From an uncultured Gammaproteobacteria bacterium (GTDB taxonomy: Bacteria; Patescibacteriota; Microgenomatia; UBA8517): a stretch of 64,000 bases of DNA. Below the pieces are notes generated by a model that saw only the letters and a list, made by a program, of their open reading frames with translations, did not search any database and was not told where the DNA came from. This document shows positions 1 to 10,217 of the stretch, one piece after another (position 1 is the stretch's first letter; the number at the start of each line of letters is the position of its first letter). The stretch is taken from contig CAZWNZ010000001.1 of the NCBI GenBank assembly GCA_964635715.1, positions 344,274 through 408,273 of the forward strand, read 5' to 3'. The position numbers and the translations under genes are program-made.

Positions 1-451
1 TTGTAAAGGTGATTGTCAAATTTCCTGATTGAGAGGCAACTACATAGCCATTAGAATCCACGTTGGCCACTAATGGTGTGGAGATGTTAAAATTTTGGTC
101 GCTTACGGTGCTAGCTACTGTATAGGCGGTGTCTTCAATACAACCGTCGAGTGTGCCGTTAGTAAAACAAACACTATCTCCGGGAAAAAGATGATGAGTA
201 GTGTTATCCGAATTTCCTGAACTGTCTATCGTTACAGTTGATGTTCCGGCAATTCCCGAATTTGCACCGGCACGGTAGGAAAGTCGGGGGTTGGATAATG
301 TGGCAGAGGCATTTATGAGAGATGCAGCCTGGGTGTTGTCGGGGAATATGGATTTAACGGTAAAAATCGAGAGGGCCAGTGAAAAAGACAGACACAAAAA
401 AAACACACTAAACACTACCAAATATTTTTTGGTCGTCGATTCTTTTTTCAT
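1..451 (-). CDS. Secreted/surface protein, 3' end runs off the window
   Basis: ATG at 451 opens MKKESTTKKYLVVFSVFFLCLSFSLALSIF...QAASLINASATLSNPRLSYRAG: a signal-like hydrophobic N-terminus followed by Ser/Thr-rich sequence. Absent from the ORF track because it has no stop inside the window. Confidence 0.75.
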   Translation of the reverse strand, partial: MKKESTTKKYLVVFSVFFLCLSFSLALSIFTVKSIFPDNTQAASLINASATLSNPRLSYRAGANSGIAGTSTVTIDSSGNSDNTTHHLFPGDSVCFTNGTLDGCIEDTAYTVASTVSDQNFNISTPLVANVDSNGYVVASQSGNLTITFT

Positions 452-511
452 TTGGTTTTTACCAAACACTCTAGGACGCTTCAACCATTATTGGATTTCG
501 AAAATATATTG

Positions 512-1507
512 TCAAGGGGATTCCTTTCCTTGTTTTGGGTTCTTTTTAATAATTTTGTAAGTAAAAATGATTAAAAAGACAGCTATGGCAATGGAAAACG
601 GAAAAGCCACTGTGGTAATTGTTTTTTCCTGGTAAGTATCCTGGTTGTCGGTTTTAATTTTTAGGGTTGATTTGTAGATTCCGAGTAGTACTTTGTGTGT
701 TGATTGACAGGAAATCACTTCCTCACCGTTAATACAGGAGATTTTTCTGATTGAATTTGAAATGACATTAAATGGGGCAATGTTAAGCGTTTCGGAGGAT
801 CCAATTATAGGTTTTATAGAAATTTGTCCTTCAGGGTTAAAGACGTAAAAACCGTAGTTGCCAATCCGAATGTTGAAATTTAACTCTCCTAAAGAATCAA
901 TTATCTTGGGGGCAGAAAACTCAACAATATTCAGATTTTTTTGCGGGTTGCCATCTTTGGACAAAGAAATCAACATGTTTGCCCCAATGCGGGCTTCATT
1001 GGTTGGACCAATGGGTGCGATTCCTCCGGGAATGTCGTTGCCAATTTCATATAGTAATGTAAAGTAGTAATCTTTTTCGGTAGCCGTTTCCGGCGGAGAA
1101 ATCTGAATATCTACGTTTTTTGTTTGTCCACTCCCTAAATAAAATTCCTGCCCAAAATTTTTAACAGGGGAAGAAATTTTAAACCATGAAGCATAAGGTG
1201 AAGTTTCCGCTACGATATTGTTTTCGTCTAGGATAATGTTTCCATCTTCACCCTGGGCCTTAAAGGGGATAATATAAATTTTTGCCATACCATCCTCTCC
1301 GTCGTTGCTGATAGTAAAAGTTTGAGTAACTTCTTTGCCCGGAATTATCATTATTTCAGTTATCGGGGGAGAGATGGAAAGACCTAGAGTTTGAGCAAGG
1401 CAGGATCTTGCCGGAATTCCAAATAAATACAAATAAGTACCAATAAATACCAATAATCCAATTGTCAAACATTTGGTAATTTGGAATTGGTATTTATTTG
1501 TGCACAT
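512..1507 (-). CDS. Surface protein with DUF916/PapD-like beta-sandwich domains and a C-terminal TM anchor
   Basis: Signal peptide, GLSISPP...PGKEVTQTFTISN motif, and a C-terminal hydrophobic helix followed by a basic tail. Confidence 0.6.
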   Translation of the reverse strand: MCTNKYQFQITKCLTIGLLVFIGTYLYLFGIPARSCLAQTLGLSISPPITEIMIIPGKEVTQTFTISNDGEDGMAKIYIIPFKAQGEDGNIILDENNIVAETSPYASWFKISSPVKNFGQEFYLGSGQTKNVDIQISPPETATEKDYYFTLLYEIGNDIPGGIAPIGPTNEARIGANMLISLSKDGNPQKNLNIVEFSAPKIIDSLGELNFNIRIGNYGFYVFNPEGQISIKPIIGSSETLNIAPFNVISNSIRKISCINGEEVISCQSTHKVLLGIYKSTLKIKTDNQDTYQEKTITTVAFPFSIAIAVFLIIFTYKIIKKNPKQGKESP

Positions 1508-1520
1508 TGGTATTTATTTA
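1415..1520. repeat. AT-rich 10-mer hairpin element (AAATAAATAC / TTGGTATTTATT units)
   Basis: AAATAAATAC AAATAAGTAC CAATAAATAC, then inverted TTGGTATTTATTT twice; related copies at 33896, 57316 and 62549. Confidence 0.75.
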
Positions 1521-2285
1521 AAAGCTTGGTATTGCCGTAAACAATATTACATTTTGATATTGTCCGGCTTCCTGAATTCCCGAAATATTAACTTTATATG
1601 TTATCGTGGCAGTACTCTCACGGGTAACATTAACATTACTCATCACCACTTGATCAACTTGACTTTGTGATGCATTAGCGAAATGTCGGAAATATGTTGC
1701 GTCAATAAAATCACTCGGTACATCGTCGCCTGATATGTTGTATCCGAACCCGTAGACATTGCTAAGCGACCAAATTCCGGCAGTTGATTCTGTACAGTCG
1801 GAACTGTCGCAGACAACGTCCGGAATAGTATCTCCTGCATTACTTTTTAAATAATCGAGTTCTCTGGCTGTTACTTTATATCCACCCGCGCCTCCAGCGG
1901 AAACAGTCATGGTACTCGTCAGAGTTTCAGGGGTATCGGGCAAAAGGGTACCAAAGTTAATTAAAAAATTACTCATGGAAAATGTAAAGGGAATGATTGA
2001 GTGGATGTATTGGAAACCTGAACGGACAAGATAACCTGTTGATGTGTACAAACCCGCTCCTGTTTGTCCTATGGTGGTATCAAGTTTGTATCCACTGGAG
2101 GAGGGGATGCCAGCTCCACTATTAAAATTTGGCATTTGGATTATATAATTCGGCGATATAATTTTCGATTGAGCGTGAACTGGGGAATAACCAAATAGGC
2201 AAATAGGCAAATAGGCAAATAGAAACAGTAAAACTGATAGGCAAATTAATGTCTTAATTACAGAACGATAAGATATTTTCTCCAT
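1518..2285 (-). CDS. Secreted WxL-like beta-sandwich surface protein
   Basis: Signal peptide ending VHA|Q; INFGTL, GFGYN and terminal AGQYQNVILFTAIPSF strand. Confidence 0.55.
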   Translation of the reverse strand: MEKISYRSVIKTLICLSVLLFLFAYLPICLFGYSPVHAQSKIISPNYIIQMPNFNSGAGIPSSSGYKLDTTIGQTGAGLYTSTGYLVRSGFQYIHSIIPFTFSMSNFLINFGTLLPDTPETLTSTMTVSAGGAGGYKVTARELDYLKSNAGDTIPDVVCDSSDCTESTAGIWSLSNVYGFGYNISGDDVPSDFIDATYFRHFANASQSQVDQVVMSNVNVTRESTATITYKVNISGIQEAGQYQNVILFTAIPSF

Positions 2286-2330
2286 TTGAAATTTATTTGC
2301 AAAATTTGCAGATTTGTAGATTTGTTTATT

Positions 2331-3056
2331 TTAATGACCCACTTCCTTTTTCATTTTCATTCCGCTTAAAAATAATTCATAGATTTGCTCGTAAAGATTT
2401 TTGATTTCGTTCTTTCTACTCTTTTCCAGATTGGAATCCTGTAGAAGCTCGGCAAGATATTTTTGCATTTTGACCAGTTTCTCTCTGAAATCTCCCTCTG
2501 TCCAGTTTCTAACTTCTTCTTCCTGAAATTTTATTTCTTCGACAAAATCCTGGCTGATATTTTTCAGGACGCTTATTTTTTGTTCATTTTTAAGTATTTC
2601 GAGATATTGACGTCCGAACATAACGGAAATAGGAGCTATTGCCAGAAGCGAGGCTATTTGTAGGATTTCAATCCAAAAATCAACCTTGGGAGTAAGTAAA
2701 AACAATATTCCAAAAACAAGTGCCGCAACGATCGATGTTGTCGGACCCGAAAGTAAGGATATACCAAAAAGTAAGAAATATGTCAGAAAAAACACTGGAG
2801 AGCTAAAACCTCCTGTTGAGAACAATAGAAAAGATACGGCGAAAGAAAAAATAGATATATCAATCAGGATTCTAAAAGACGAATTAAGAATCTTCTTGCG
2901 AAATAAAAACGAAGCTGCTATATAGATGGCAACCAAAATGCCGGAGATTTGCAGAGAATACTCTGCGATAGAAGTATTTGCGATAAAATAGGCAAGACCA
3001 AGCGCAACGGCTATTAGCACACTATGGATAAGAGCCTTTTTTGATGAATTGGGCAT
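2331..3056 (-). CDS. Multi-pass membrane protein with C-terminal coiled coil
   Basis: About 5-6 hydrophobic segments (GGFSSPVFFLTYFLL) followed by a charged helical tail. Confidence 0.7.
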   Translation of the reverse strand: MPNSSKKALIHSVLIAVALGLAYFIANTSIAEYSLQISGILVAIYIAASFLFRKKILNSSFRILIDISIFSFAVSFLLFSTGGFSSPVFFLTYFLLFGISLLSGPTTSIVAALVFGILFLLTPKVDFWIEILQIASLLAIAPISVMFGRQYLEILKNEQKISVLKNISQDFVEEIKFQEEEVRNWTEGDFREKLVKMQKYLAELLQDSNLEKSRKNEIKNLYEQIYELFLSGMKMKKEVGH

Positions 3057-3116
3057 ATAAGCGTTAGTAAAATATTACGTCAAAGTGATAGAATTGACAA
3101 ATGGATTAAGTAAATT

Positions 3117-5447
3117 ATGAATAAATACGACCATACAAAAATTGAAAAAAAGTGGCAGGAAAAGTGGGAAGCAAGTCAGATCTATTTTCCTGACCTGAAA
3201 AATTCTTCAAAAGAGAAATTCTACAATTTGTGGATGTTTCCTTATCCTTCAGCAGAAGGACTCCATGCCGGACACGCTTTTGCGTCGACAGGAAGTGATG
3301 TGTACGGACGCTTTATGAGAATGAATGGAAAAGATGTTTTTCAACCAATAGGTTATGACTCTTTTGGAATCCACTCCGAAAACTATGCAATTAAAATAGG
3401 GGAGGATCCTCACGAGGTTGTAAAAAGAACAACAAAGCATTATGAAGAGCAAATGAGGGCTTTGGGTCATGGATATGACTGGACTCATACAGTGACCACT
3501 TCTGATGTAGATTATTATAGATGGACACAGTGGTTGTTCCTAAAAATGTGGGAAAAAGGACTTGCTTACAAAAAGAAAGCCGAAGTAAATTTTTGTCCAA
3601 GTTGTAAAACAGTTTTGGCTGATGAACAGGTGGTGACTCCAACCCAGGCCGGTAAAGAACCTAAAAATGCAAAAGGTGAGACTATCGCCGAGGAACCGGA
3701 GATGAAAGTCTGCGAACGATGTGGCACCCTAATTGAAAAAAAGGATTTGGAACAATGGTTTTTCAAGATTACCGAGTACGCAGATAGACTTTTGGAGGGC
3801 TTGGAGAAAATTGACTGGAGTCCGCGCGTTAAACTAGCCCAGAAAAACTGGATAGGCAAGAGCACGGGTATGCTTATCAAATTTAAAGTTGATGGGGAAG
3901 ATCGGGAAATTGAGGTTTTTACAACCAGACCGGACACTCTGAATGCTGTTACTTTCATAGCGCTTGCAGATGAGAAGCTCTACAACATGGAATCCTCAGA
4001 GAAACTTGGTGAAGATACCGGTAAATTTGCTATTGATCCATTAACCGGCAAAAAAATTCCTATTTGGAAAACAAACTATGTGGCTCCGGGGTATGGAACG
4101 GGGGCAATTATGGGAGTACCTGCACACGATGAACGTGATATGGATTTTGCTAAAAAATATCATATTGATATAGTTGAGAAAGATCCTGATGACGGGCTCT
4201 GGCAAAAAATTGAAAAAGAAGGTTGGGGAAAGTCCCACACAAATTATCATCTTAGAGATTGGTTAGTAAGCAGACAGAGGTACTGGGGAGCTCCAATTCC
4301 CATGATTGATTGCCCAAAGTGTGGTTGGGTGCCCGTACCCGAAGAAGATTTACCTTTAACACTCCCGCAAATTTCCGATTTCCAGCCTGAAGGTACAGGC
4401 AGAGGCCCGTTAGCTGGTCATGAGGAGTTTTGGAAAGTGAAGTGCCCAAAATGCGGAGGAGAAGCACGCCGCGAAACGGACGTGATGGATACTTTCGTTG
4501 ATTCCAGTTGGTATTTCTTGGCATACCCGAATGTTGGCACAAAAGAGTGGACTAGCCCTTCGACGGGCTCAGGGCAGGTATTTTTTGATAGGAAGATAAT
4601 GGATACCTGGCTGCCCGTGGATCTCTACTTTGGCGGAGCGGAGCATTCTGTACTACACCTTATGTACTCCAGATTTATAACGAAAGTATTATATGATCTT
4701 GGACTCTTGGCTTCTGATGAGCCTTTTCCTAAGTTTTTTGCTCACGGTCTCATGATTAAAGATGGAGCTAAGATGAGTAAATCCCGGGGAAATGTGGTCA
4801 ACCCGGATGAATATGTGGCCAAATTCGGAGCTGACACTTTAAGACTCTATGTGATGTTTCTAGGGCCGATGGATGCCTACCCGGACTTCAGAGATGCGGG
4901 GATTGAGGGTATGCAAAAATTTATAAATAGACTTTGGAAAATATTTAACAATCCCACGGTTGCAGTGAGCGACACGGCTATAAAGTCAAAGCTTCATCAG
5001 ACTATAAAGAAGGTTACCGATGATATGGCTAGCTTCAAATACAATACCGCCATTGCCTCAATTATGGAACTGACCAATGCTATTGAAAAAGGTAGCGCTA
5101 AGACCTCCAAAGACGTCTTAGAGGCCCTTTGTCTTTTAATAGCACCGTTTGCACCACATCTGGCAGAAGAAGTCTGGGTGGAAACACTTGGTAACAAATT
5201 CAGCGTTCATAAAGCCGATTGGCCTCACTATGATAATAGTAAGATAGGGAATGATATAGTAAATTTTGTTGTTCAAATCAACGGAAAAGTGAGATCTATA
5301 ATTGTAATGGATGTTGAAACTGCACAAAACGAAGAAAAAATTAGGACTTTAACAGAGAAAGATGAAAATGTTAAAAAATGGTTGAAGAATCAAAAAATTA
5401 AAAAGGCAATTTTTATTCCCGGAAAACTTATTAATTTTGTTGTCTGA
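3117..5447 (+). CDS. leuS: Leucine--tRNA ligase
   Basis: MFPYPS, HAGH (HIGH), FTTRPDT, GTGAIMGVPAHD, DWLVSRQRYWG, KMSKS. Confidence 0.98.
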   Translation: MNKYDHTKIEKKWQEKWEASQIYFPDLKNSSKEKFYNLWMFPYPSAEGLHAGHAFASTGSDVYGRFMRMNGKDVFQPIGYDSFGIHSENYAIKIGEDPHEVVKRTTKHYEEQMRALGHGYDWTHTVTTSDVDYYRWTQWLFLKMWEKGLAYKKKAEVNFCPSCKTVLADEQVVTPTQAGKEPKNAKGETIAEEPEMKVCERCGTLIEKKDLEQWFFKITEYADRLLEGLEKIDWSPRVKLAQKNWIGKSTGMLIKFKVDGEDREIEVFTTRPDTLNAVTFIALADEKLYNMESSEKLGEDTGKFAIDPLTGKKIPIWKTNYVAPGYGTGAIMGVPAHDERDMDFAKKYHIDIVEKDPDDGLWQKIEKEGWGKSHTNYHLRDWLVSRQRYWGAPIPMIDCPKCGWVPVPEEDLPLTLPQISDFQPEGTGRGPLAGHEEFWKVKCPKCGGEARRETDVMDTFVDSSWYFLAYPNVGTKEWTSPSTGSGQVFFDRKIMDTWLPVDLYFGGAEHSVLHLMYSRFITKVLYDLGLLASDEPFPKFFAHGLMIKDGAKMSKSRGNVVNPDEYVAKFGADTLRLYVMFLGPMDAYPDFRDAGIEGMQKFINRLWKIFNNPTVAVSDTAIKSKLHQTIKKVTDDMASFKYNTAIASIMELTNAIEKGSAKTSKDVLEALCLLIAPFAPHLAEEVWVETLGNKFSVHKADWPHYDNSKIGNDIVNFVVQINGKVRSIIVMDVETAQNEEKIRTLTEKDENVKKWLKNQKIKKAIFIPGKLINFVV

Positions 5448-5461
5448 ACATTTTTTGAAAA

Positions 5462-6100
5462 ATGGAAGACCTGCCCCGAAATTTTAATTTTGATGAATGG
5501 CTCCAAAAAAATCGTTATCATCTTTTGATAATTTTGGTCGGACTTATTTTAGTTGCCGGCGGTTTTTTATATTTTAAAAAGTCATTAAATTTATCATCGA
5601 CAAAAGTAGAAATTTTGCAAAGTTTCGGCGAGGAAAATAATATCGAGATAACCGCAGAAATTACCGGAGCGATAATTAACCCGGGGGTTTATAAATTAAC
5701 CAGCGATAGTCGGGTAGAGGATTTATTGATTGCGGGAGGTGGTTTTTCTGCAATTGCCGATAGGTCTTGGACGGATAAATATTTAAACAGGGCGGCGAAA
5801 TTGACTGACGGACAAAAAGTTTACATACCGTCGGTTGATGAGCACTCGGAAACATCGAGTGCTAAAAATAGTGGAGTATATCAAAGTGAATCATCTACAT
5901 TTTCATCCGATAGTAACACCTCAATAAATATTAACACTGCAGGCCTTTCAGAACTGGATTCATTGGCTGGAATTGGCCCTGTTTACGCCCAAAAGATCAT
6001 TGATCACCGTCCGTACTCAAAAACAGAAGAGTTGGTTACAAGTGGGGCAATCACCCAAACATTATACGAAAAGATTAAAAATAGTGTAACAGTATATTAA
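5462..6100 (+). CDS. comEA: Competence DNA receptor ComEA
   Basis: TM helix, SLBB domain (GAIINPGVY...RVEDL), HhH (ININTA...LAGIGPVYAQKII). Confidence 0.93.
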   Translation: MEDLPRNFNFDEWLQKNRYHLLIILVGLILVAGGFLYFKKSLNLSSTKVEILQSFGEENNIEITAEITGAIINPGVYKLTSDSRVEDLLIAGGGFSAIADRSWTDKYLNRAAKLTDGQKVYIPSVDEHSETSSAKNSGVYQSESSTFSSDSNTSININTAGLSELDSLAGIGPVYAQKIIDHRPYSKTEELVTSGAITQTLYEKIKNSVTVY

Positions 6101-6202
6101 TTACCAATTTCTAATTTCTAATGACGAATAAATGTCTATTTTAAAATTGATAAATTCAAAATTTGGATTTGATTAGTAATTTGACATTAGTAATTAGTCA
6201 TT

Positions 6203-7261
6203 ATGAAACACGTTATTTGGGTACTCCTTGTTTTACTAATTGTTTTTCGTTACTTTTCATCAAAACCGGTTTACAAAAATGGAGATGCTATTCGTCTGAC
6301 GGCAACAGTTTTTTCCGACCCTGTCAACTACGGTGATTATCAATCATTTTCCGCGGCGGGAATTAAGATTTATTTACCGGCTTATCCGGAAGTTTATTAT
6401 GGTGATAAGGTTGTTATTGAGGGAATAGTTGATGGTGGGGAAATTAATAATGGAAAATTAATTTCTGTAAATTCTTTAGCCGGTTTTGGGTCGGGTTTCA
6501 GGAAAAAATTAATCGATTTTTATCTAAATTCTTTGCCGCAACCAATGTCCGGTCTTGTGGCAGGTGTAATTTTGGGAAGCAAAGGGACGCTAACTCCGGA
6601 GTTTTGGAAAAGTGTTAAAAATACCGGAGTTGCTCATGTGGTAGTTGCATCCGGAACAAATGTAACTTTTGTTGCATTTTTTATTTTTGCCGTTGCCTCA
6701 CTTTATTTTTCGAGAAAAAAATCGATACCAATTGTTATATTAAGTATTATTATGTACCTGTTTTTTTCAGGGTTTCAGGCGCCTTTAATCAGGGCCGCTG
6801 TAATGGCAGTATTTACTTTTTGGGCTCAAGAATCCGGCAGACTGGTTAACGCCTGGAGAGTACTTTTTCTCACTGCGGCCCTAATGCTTGTTGTAGAACC
6901 CTTATGGATAACAGATATTGGTTTTATTCTGTCGTTTGTTTCTACGGCTTCGATAATGGTTTTTGCCAAAAAAATAAACAATTTTTTCAAATTTGTCCCA
7001 AATTTGCTAAAAGAATCATTTTCTACTTCTTTGGCGGCTCAAATTGGTGTGGCGCCTATTCTTTTTGTTACTTTTGGACAGTTTAATATCCTTTCACCCT
7101 TGATTAATGCTTTGGTTCTCTGGACAATTCCCTATATTATGATTTTGGGTAGCCTTGGGGGGATGATTGGGTTAGTACTTCCGGAATTGGGTAAGGCAGT
7201 ACTATATATAAGTTATCCTTTGGAGTGGTGGTTTGCCGCCGTTGTGAAATTTTTCAATTAA
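6203..7261 (+). CDS. comEC: ComEC/Rec2 competence channel domain
   Basis: GVAHVVVASGTN, APLIRAAVM, DIGFILSF motifs. Confidence 0.9.
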   Translation: MKHVIWVLLVLLIVFRYFSSKPVYKNGDAIRLTATVFSDPVNYGDYQSFSAAGIKIYLPAYPEVYYGDKVVIEGIVDGGEINNGKLISVNSLAGFGSGFRKKLIDFYLNSLPQPMSGLVAGVILGSKGTLTPEFWKSVKNTGVAHVVVASGTNVTFVAFFIFAVASLYFSRKKSIPIVILSIIMYLFFSGFQAPLIRAAVMAVFTFWAQESGRLVNAWRVLFLTAALMLVVEPLWITDIGFILSFVSTASIMVFAKKINNFFKFVPNLLKESFSTSLAAQIGVAPILFVTFGQFNILSPLINALVLWTIPYIMILGSLGGMIGLVLPELGKAVLYISYPLEWWFAAVVKFFN

Positions 7262-7281
7262 CAATTTACAATAAATTTTGT

Positions 7282-8169
7282 ATGCAACTTCGAACATGGA
7301 GACAAATATATCTTCTTTTATTATTAATCTTTATATGTGTATTGCTGGCGATTTTTCAATTTCCTGATCAGAATTTGCACATAGTGGCTTGTGATGTGGG
7401 CCAAGGGGATGCCATTCTTATCACCTATGGTACAACTCAGATTTTAACTGATGGCGGACCGGATAATTCAGTTTTGACTTGTCTGGGGCATTACATGCCG
7501 TTTTGGGATCACGAAATTGAGCTGGTTATCTCAACACATCCGGATGCAGATCACGCAACAGGGCTTATTGATGTGCTGCAGGCATATGAAGTTGATAAGG
7601 TTCTGATAAATCCGATTGATTCTGGCACTCCTGTCTATCAAGCGCTAGTTTCAGAGGTGGGGGGTAGGGGTGTGAGTGTCATTAATCCCACTTCAGGCAT
7701 GGAACTAGGCTTAGGTTTGATATATTTAGACATACTCAGCCCGACACAAGAAATGTATACTTTTTTACCTGTTGAGATTGAGGGAAGTAATCTTGCAAAA
7801 TACAAAGTTTCGGAGGAAACCAATCTCTATTCAATAGTCTACAAACTTAGCTTCAAAAACTTCTCGGGGTTGTTCCCGGGAGATATACAGTCCGAAACAT
7901 CAGATAAGCTGGCAGCCGAATCAGTACTGAGAGATGTTGAATATATCAAAATACCTCATCATGGAAGTGTGAATGGTTTGACCGAGAATCTCCTCAAAAC
8001 GCTTGTGCCCAAAATTGCGTTTATTAGTGTGGGGGAAAATTCCTGGGGTCACCCTAGAATGGAGATTCTAGAGATGCTGATAAAATATAACGTCAAGACA
8101 TTGAGAACCGATCAAATGGGGGATGTGGAATTGGTTACAGATGGAGAAAAGTATTGGATTTCCAGGTAA
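7282..8169 (+). CDS. ComEC-type metallo-beta-lactamase-fold nuclease, encoded as a separate gene
   Basis: DVGQGDA, THPDADHATG, PHHGS, WGHP, RTDQMG; ATG at 7282 preferred as start. Confidence 0.9.
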   Translation: MQLRTWRQIYLLLLLIFICVLLAIFQFPDQNLHIVACDVGQGDAILITYGTTQILTDGGPDNSVLTCLGHYMPFWDHEIELVISTHPDADHATGLIDVLQAYEVDKVLINPIDSGTPVYQALVSEVGGRGVSVINPTSGMELGLGLIYLDILSPTQEMYTFLPVEIEGSNLAKYKVSEETNLYSIVYKLSFKNFSGLFPGDIQSETSDKLAAESVLRDVEYIKIPHHGSVNGLTENLLKTLVPKIAFISVGENSWGHPRMEILEMLIKYNVKTLRTDQMGDVELVTDGEKYWISR

Positions 8170-8170
8170 T

Positions 8171-8431
8171 TTATTTAGGAGATATCGGAATCACAACCAT
8201 AAGTTCTGTTTGTATTGGTCTAGCTAGCTTATGTTGTTTTGTCTCACTTTTGTAAATATCACTCCAGCCTCCGTTTTTTCCTAAAAAAATTTCATGCACA
8301 ATTTCTAGCTTTTTATTTATCCGAATAACAGTTTTTCCAACCGGGCCGGGTAAAGTTCCTTCCCTGACCCTGTCATCAATCTGTTGTGTGGCCTCGTCCC
8401 TTAATTGTTCGGCTTTTTCTCTCTCATTCAT
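8171..8431 (-). CDS. Hypothetical protein
   Basis: 86-aa ORF filling the gap, with a TAGAAT -10-like box just upstream. Confidence 0.55.
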   Translation of the reverse strand: MNEREKAEQLRDEATQQIDDRVREGTLPGPVGKTVIRINKKLEIVHEIFLGKNGGWSDIYKSETKQHKLARPIQTELMVVIPISPK

Positions 8432-8497
8432 AACAATCGATTCTAATCTTTGGTTATTTATTTAACAAGTGGTAGGAAATGCTGTTACAATAAGTTT

Positions 8498-10204
8498 ATG
8501 CGGGAAGAAATACTAAAAGCTCTCAAAAAAGCCTCCGACAATCAAAACGTAAAGTTAGAACTCTCTGAAAACGAAGCTTTTGGGGATTATAGCTCGAATA
8601 TCGCGTTACAAGATAAAAGGCAAGAGGTAAAAGATAAAAGTTCAAGAGAGTTGGCAGAGAATTTAGTCAAGAAGCTAAAAGCGGATAAAAATTTGTCAGA
8701 AATTTGTGACAAAGTAGATATTGCCGGCCCGGGTTTCATTAATTTTTGGTTAAAAAAAGATGTATTAGTTGATACATTGAAACAGATTGATACATCAAAA
8801 TCTAATTTTGGAAAATCAGATATTGGAAGAGGAAAAACTGTCATAATTGATTATTCATCTCCAAATATTGCCAAACCTTTTGGGATAGGACACCTCCGCT
8901 CGACCATTGTTGGCCAAGCTCTTTACAATCTTTACCTGGCTTTGGGTTATGAGGTTGTCGGAGATAATCATCTGGGAGATTGGGGGACACAGTTTGGAAA
9001 ATTGATTTACATGATCAAAAAAGAAAATATCGATAATTTTGATATAGAGAAATTGGAAAAGCTTTATGTTGAATTTCACCGTTTAGCTTCGGATCCAAAA
9101 AATGCTGATCAAATGGAAAGCTCAGCTCGAGAATGGTTCAAAAAACTTGAAGACGGAGATTCTGAGGCTAGAAAAATTTGGCAAAAGTGTGTGGATGTTT
9201 CTTTGGCTGAATTTGAAAGAGTTTACAAAATCCTGGGAGTAAAAATAGATTTTGCTTTTGGAGAATCCTATTACGAAAGCGAAATGAAGCAGATGTTGGG
9301 TGATTCTTCAATTCAAAAGCACCTAGAAGAAGGCGATGATGGGGCAAAAATTATCAATTTAGCCGGTATTAAAACCCCTTTAATGTTTATCAAAAGTGAT
9401 GGAGCTACAACTTATGCAACCAGGGATCTGGCAGCTATCAAATTCAGAATGAGGAAATGGGATCCGGCAATTATTATCTACGAAGTCGGAGCCGAGCAAA
9501 CCCTTCATTTCCAACAGGTTTTTGCAGCAGCCAGGCTTTTAGGCTTGGTTGATGACTCGACCGAACTTGTTCATACAGCTCACGGATTGTATTTGGCTCC
9601 TGACGGGAAGAAATTTTCAACCCGTAAAGGTAAGACAATAAAATTGGAAGATGTGTTAAATGAAGCCATTAATAGAGCTGAGGAACTTGGCAAAAAACCA
9701 AATGGGTCAGACTACGCTAAAGCTACAGCGGCCATTGTTGGGATCGGAGCAATAAAGTATTTTGACCTGATGCACTCAGTTAAGAGCGATGTTGTTTTTG
9801 ATTGGGACAAGATGATGAATTTGGAAGACAACTCCGGCCCATATCTTCAGTACACTGTTGCCCGTTGTAACTCAGTTCTGGCTAAGTCTGAAAATTGGAA
9901 AATTGATGATTCATTGGGAATTGAAAATTGGGAATTGAAAATTGAGGAAGAGTCTGTTCTTCGTTCTCTTATACATTTTCCGGAAATAATTGAGGAAGCA
10001 GCGGATAACTTTGCACCAAACCTGCTTTGCAACTACTTACATGATTTGGCAGGGAAGTATAATCATTTCTATAATTCGTGCCCAATTCTAAATAATTCTG
10101 ATCAAAAAGTGACCAATTTCAGACTTACTTTGACTAATGGAGTAGCGCAAGTTCTCAAAAACGGCCTTGGTATCTTGGGTATAGAGACTCCGGAAAGAAT
10201 GTAG
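8498..10204 (+). CDS. argS: Arginine--tRNA ligase
   Basis: FGDYSSN, GPGFINF, SSPNIAKPFGIGHLRS, GDWGTQFG, KFSTRKG, GPYLQY, terminal PERM. Confidence 0.98.
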   Translation: MREEILKALKKASDNQNVKLELSENEAFGDYSSNIALQDKRQEVKDKSSRELAENLVKKLKADKNLSEICDKVDIAGPGFINFWLKKDVLVDTLKQIDTSKSNFGKSDIGRGKTVIIDYSSPNIAKPFGIGHLRSTIVGQALYNLYLALGYEVVGDNHLGDWGTQFGKLIYMIKKENIDNFDIEKLEKLYVEFHRLASDPKNADQMESSAREWFKKLEDGDSEARKIWQKCVDVSLAEFERVYKILGVKIDFAFGESYYESEMKQMLGDSSIQKHLEEGDDGAKIINLAGIKTPLMFIKSDGATTYATRDLAAIKFRMRKWDPAIIIYEVGAEQTLHFQQVFAAARLLGLVDDSTELVHTAHGLYLAPDGKKFSTRKGKTIKLEDVLNEAINRAEELGKKPNGSDYAKATAAIVGIGAIKYFDLMHSVKSDVVFDWDKMMNLEDNSGPYLQYTVARCNSVLAKSENWKIDDSLGIENWELKIEEESVLRSLIHFPEIIEEAADNFAPNLLCNYLHDLAGKYNHFYNSCPILNNSDQKVTNFRLTLTNGVAQVLKNGLGILGIETPERM

Positions 10205-10217
10205 TATATTAACCAAT

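Noticed and set aside
3117-5447. UGA recoding (genetic code 25)
   Set aside because: leuS, queA and mreB2 end at TGA at the expected protein lengths, and conserved Gly/Trp positions use standard codons
6203-8169. comEC pseudogene or frameshift
   Set aside because: Both parts have intact motifs and the second has its own ATG and N-terminal TM, so this looks like a natural split
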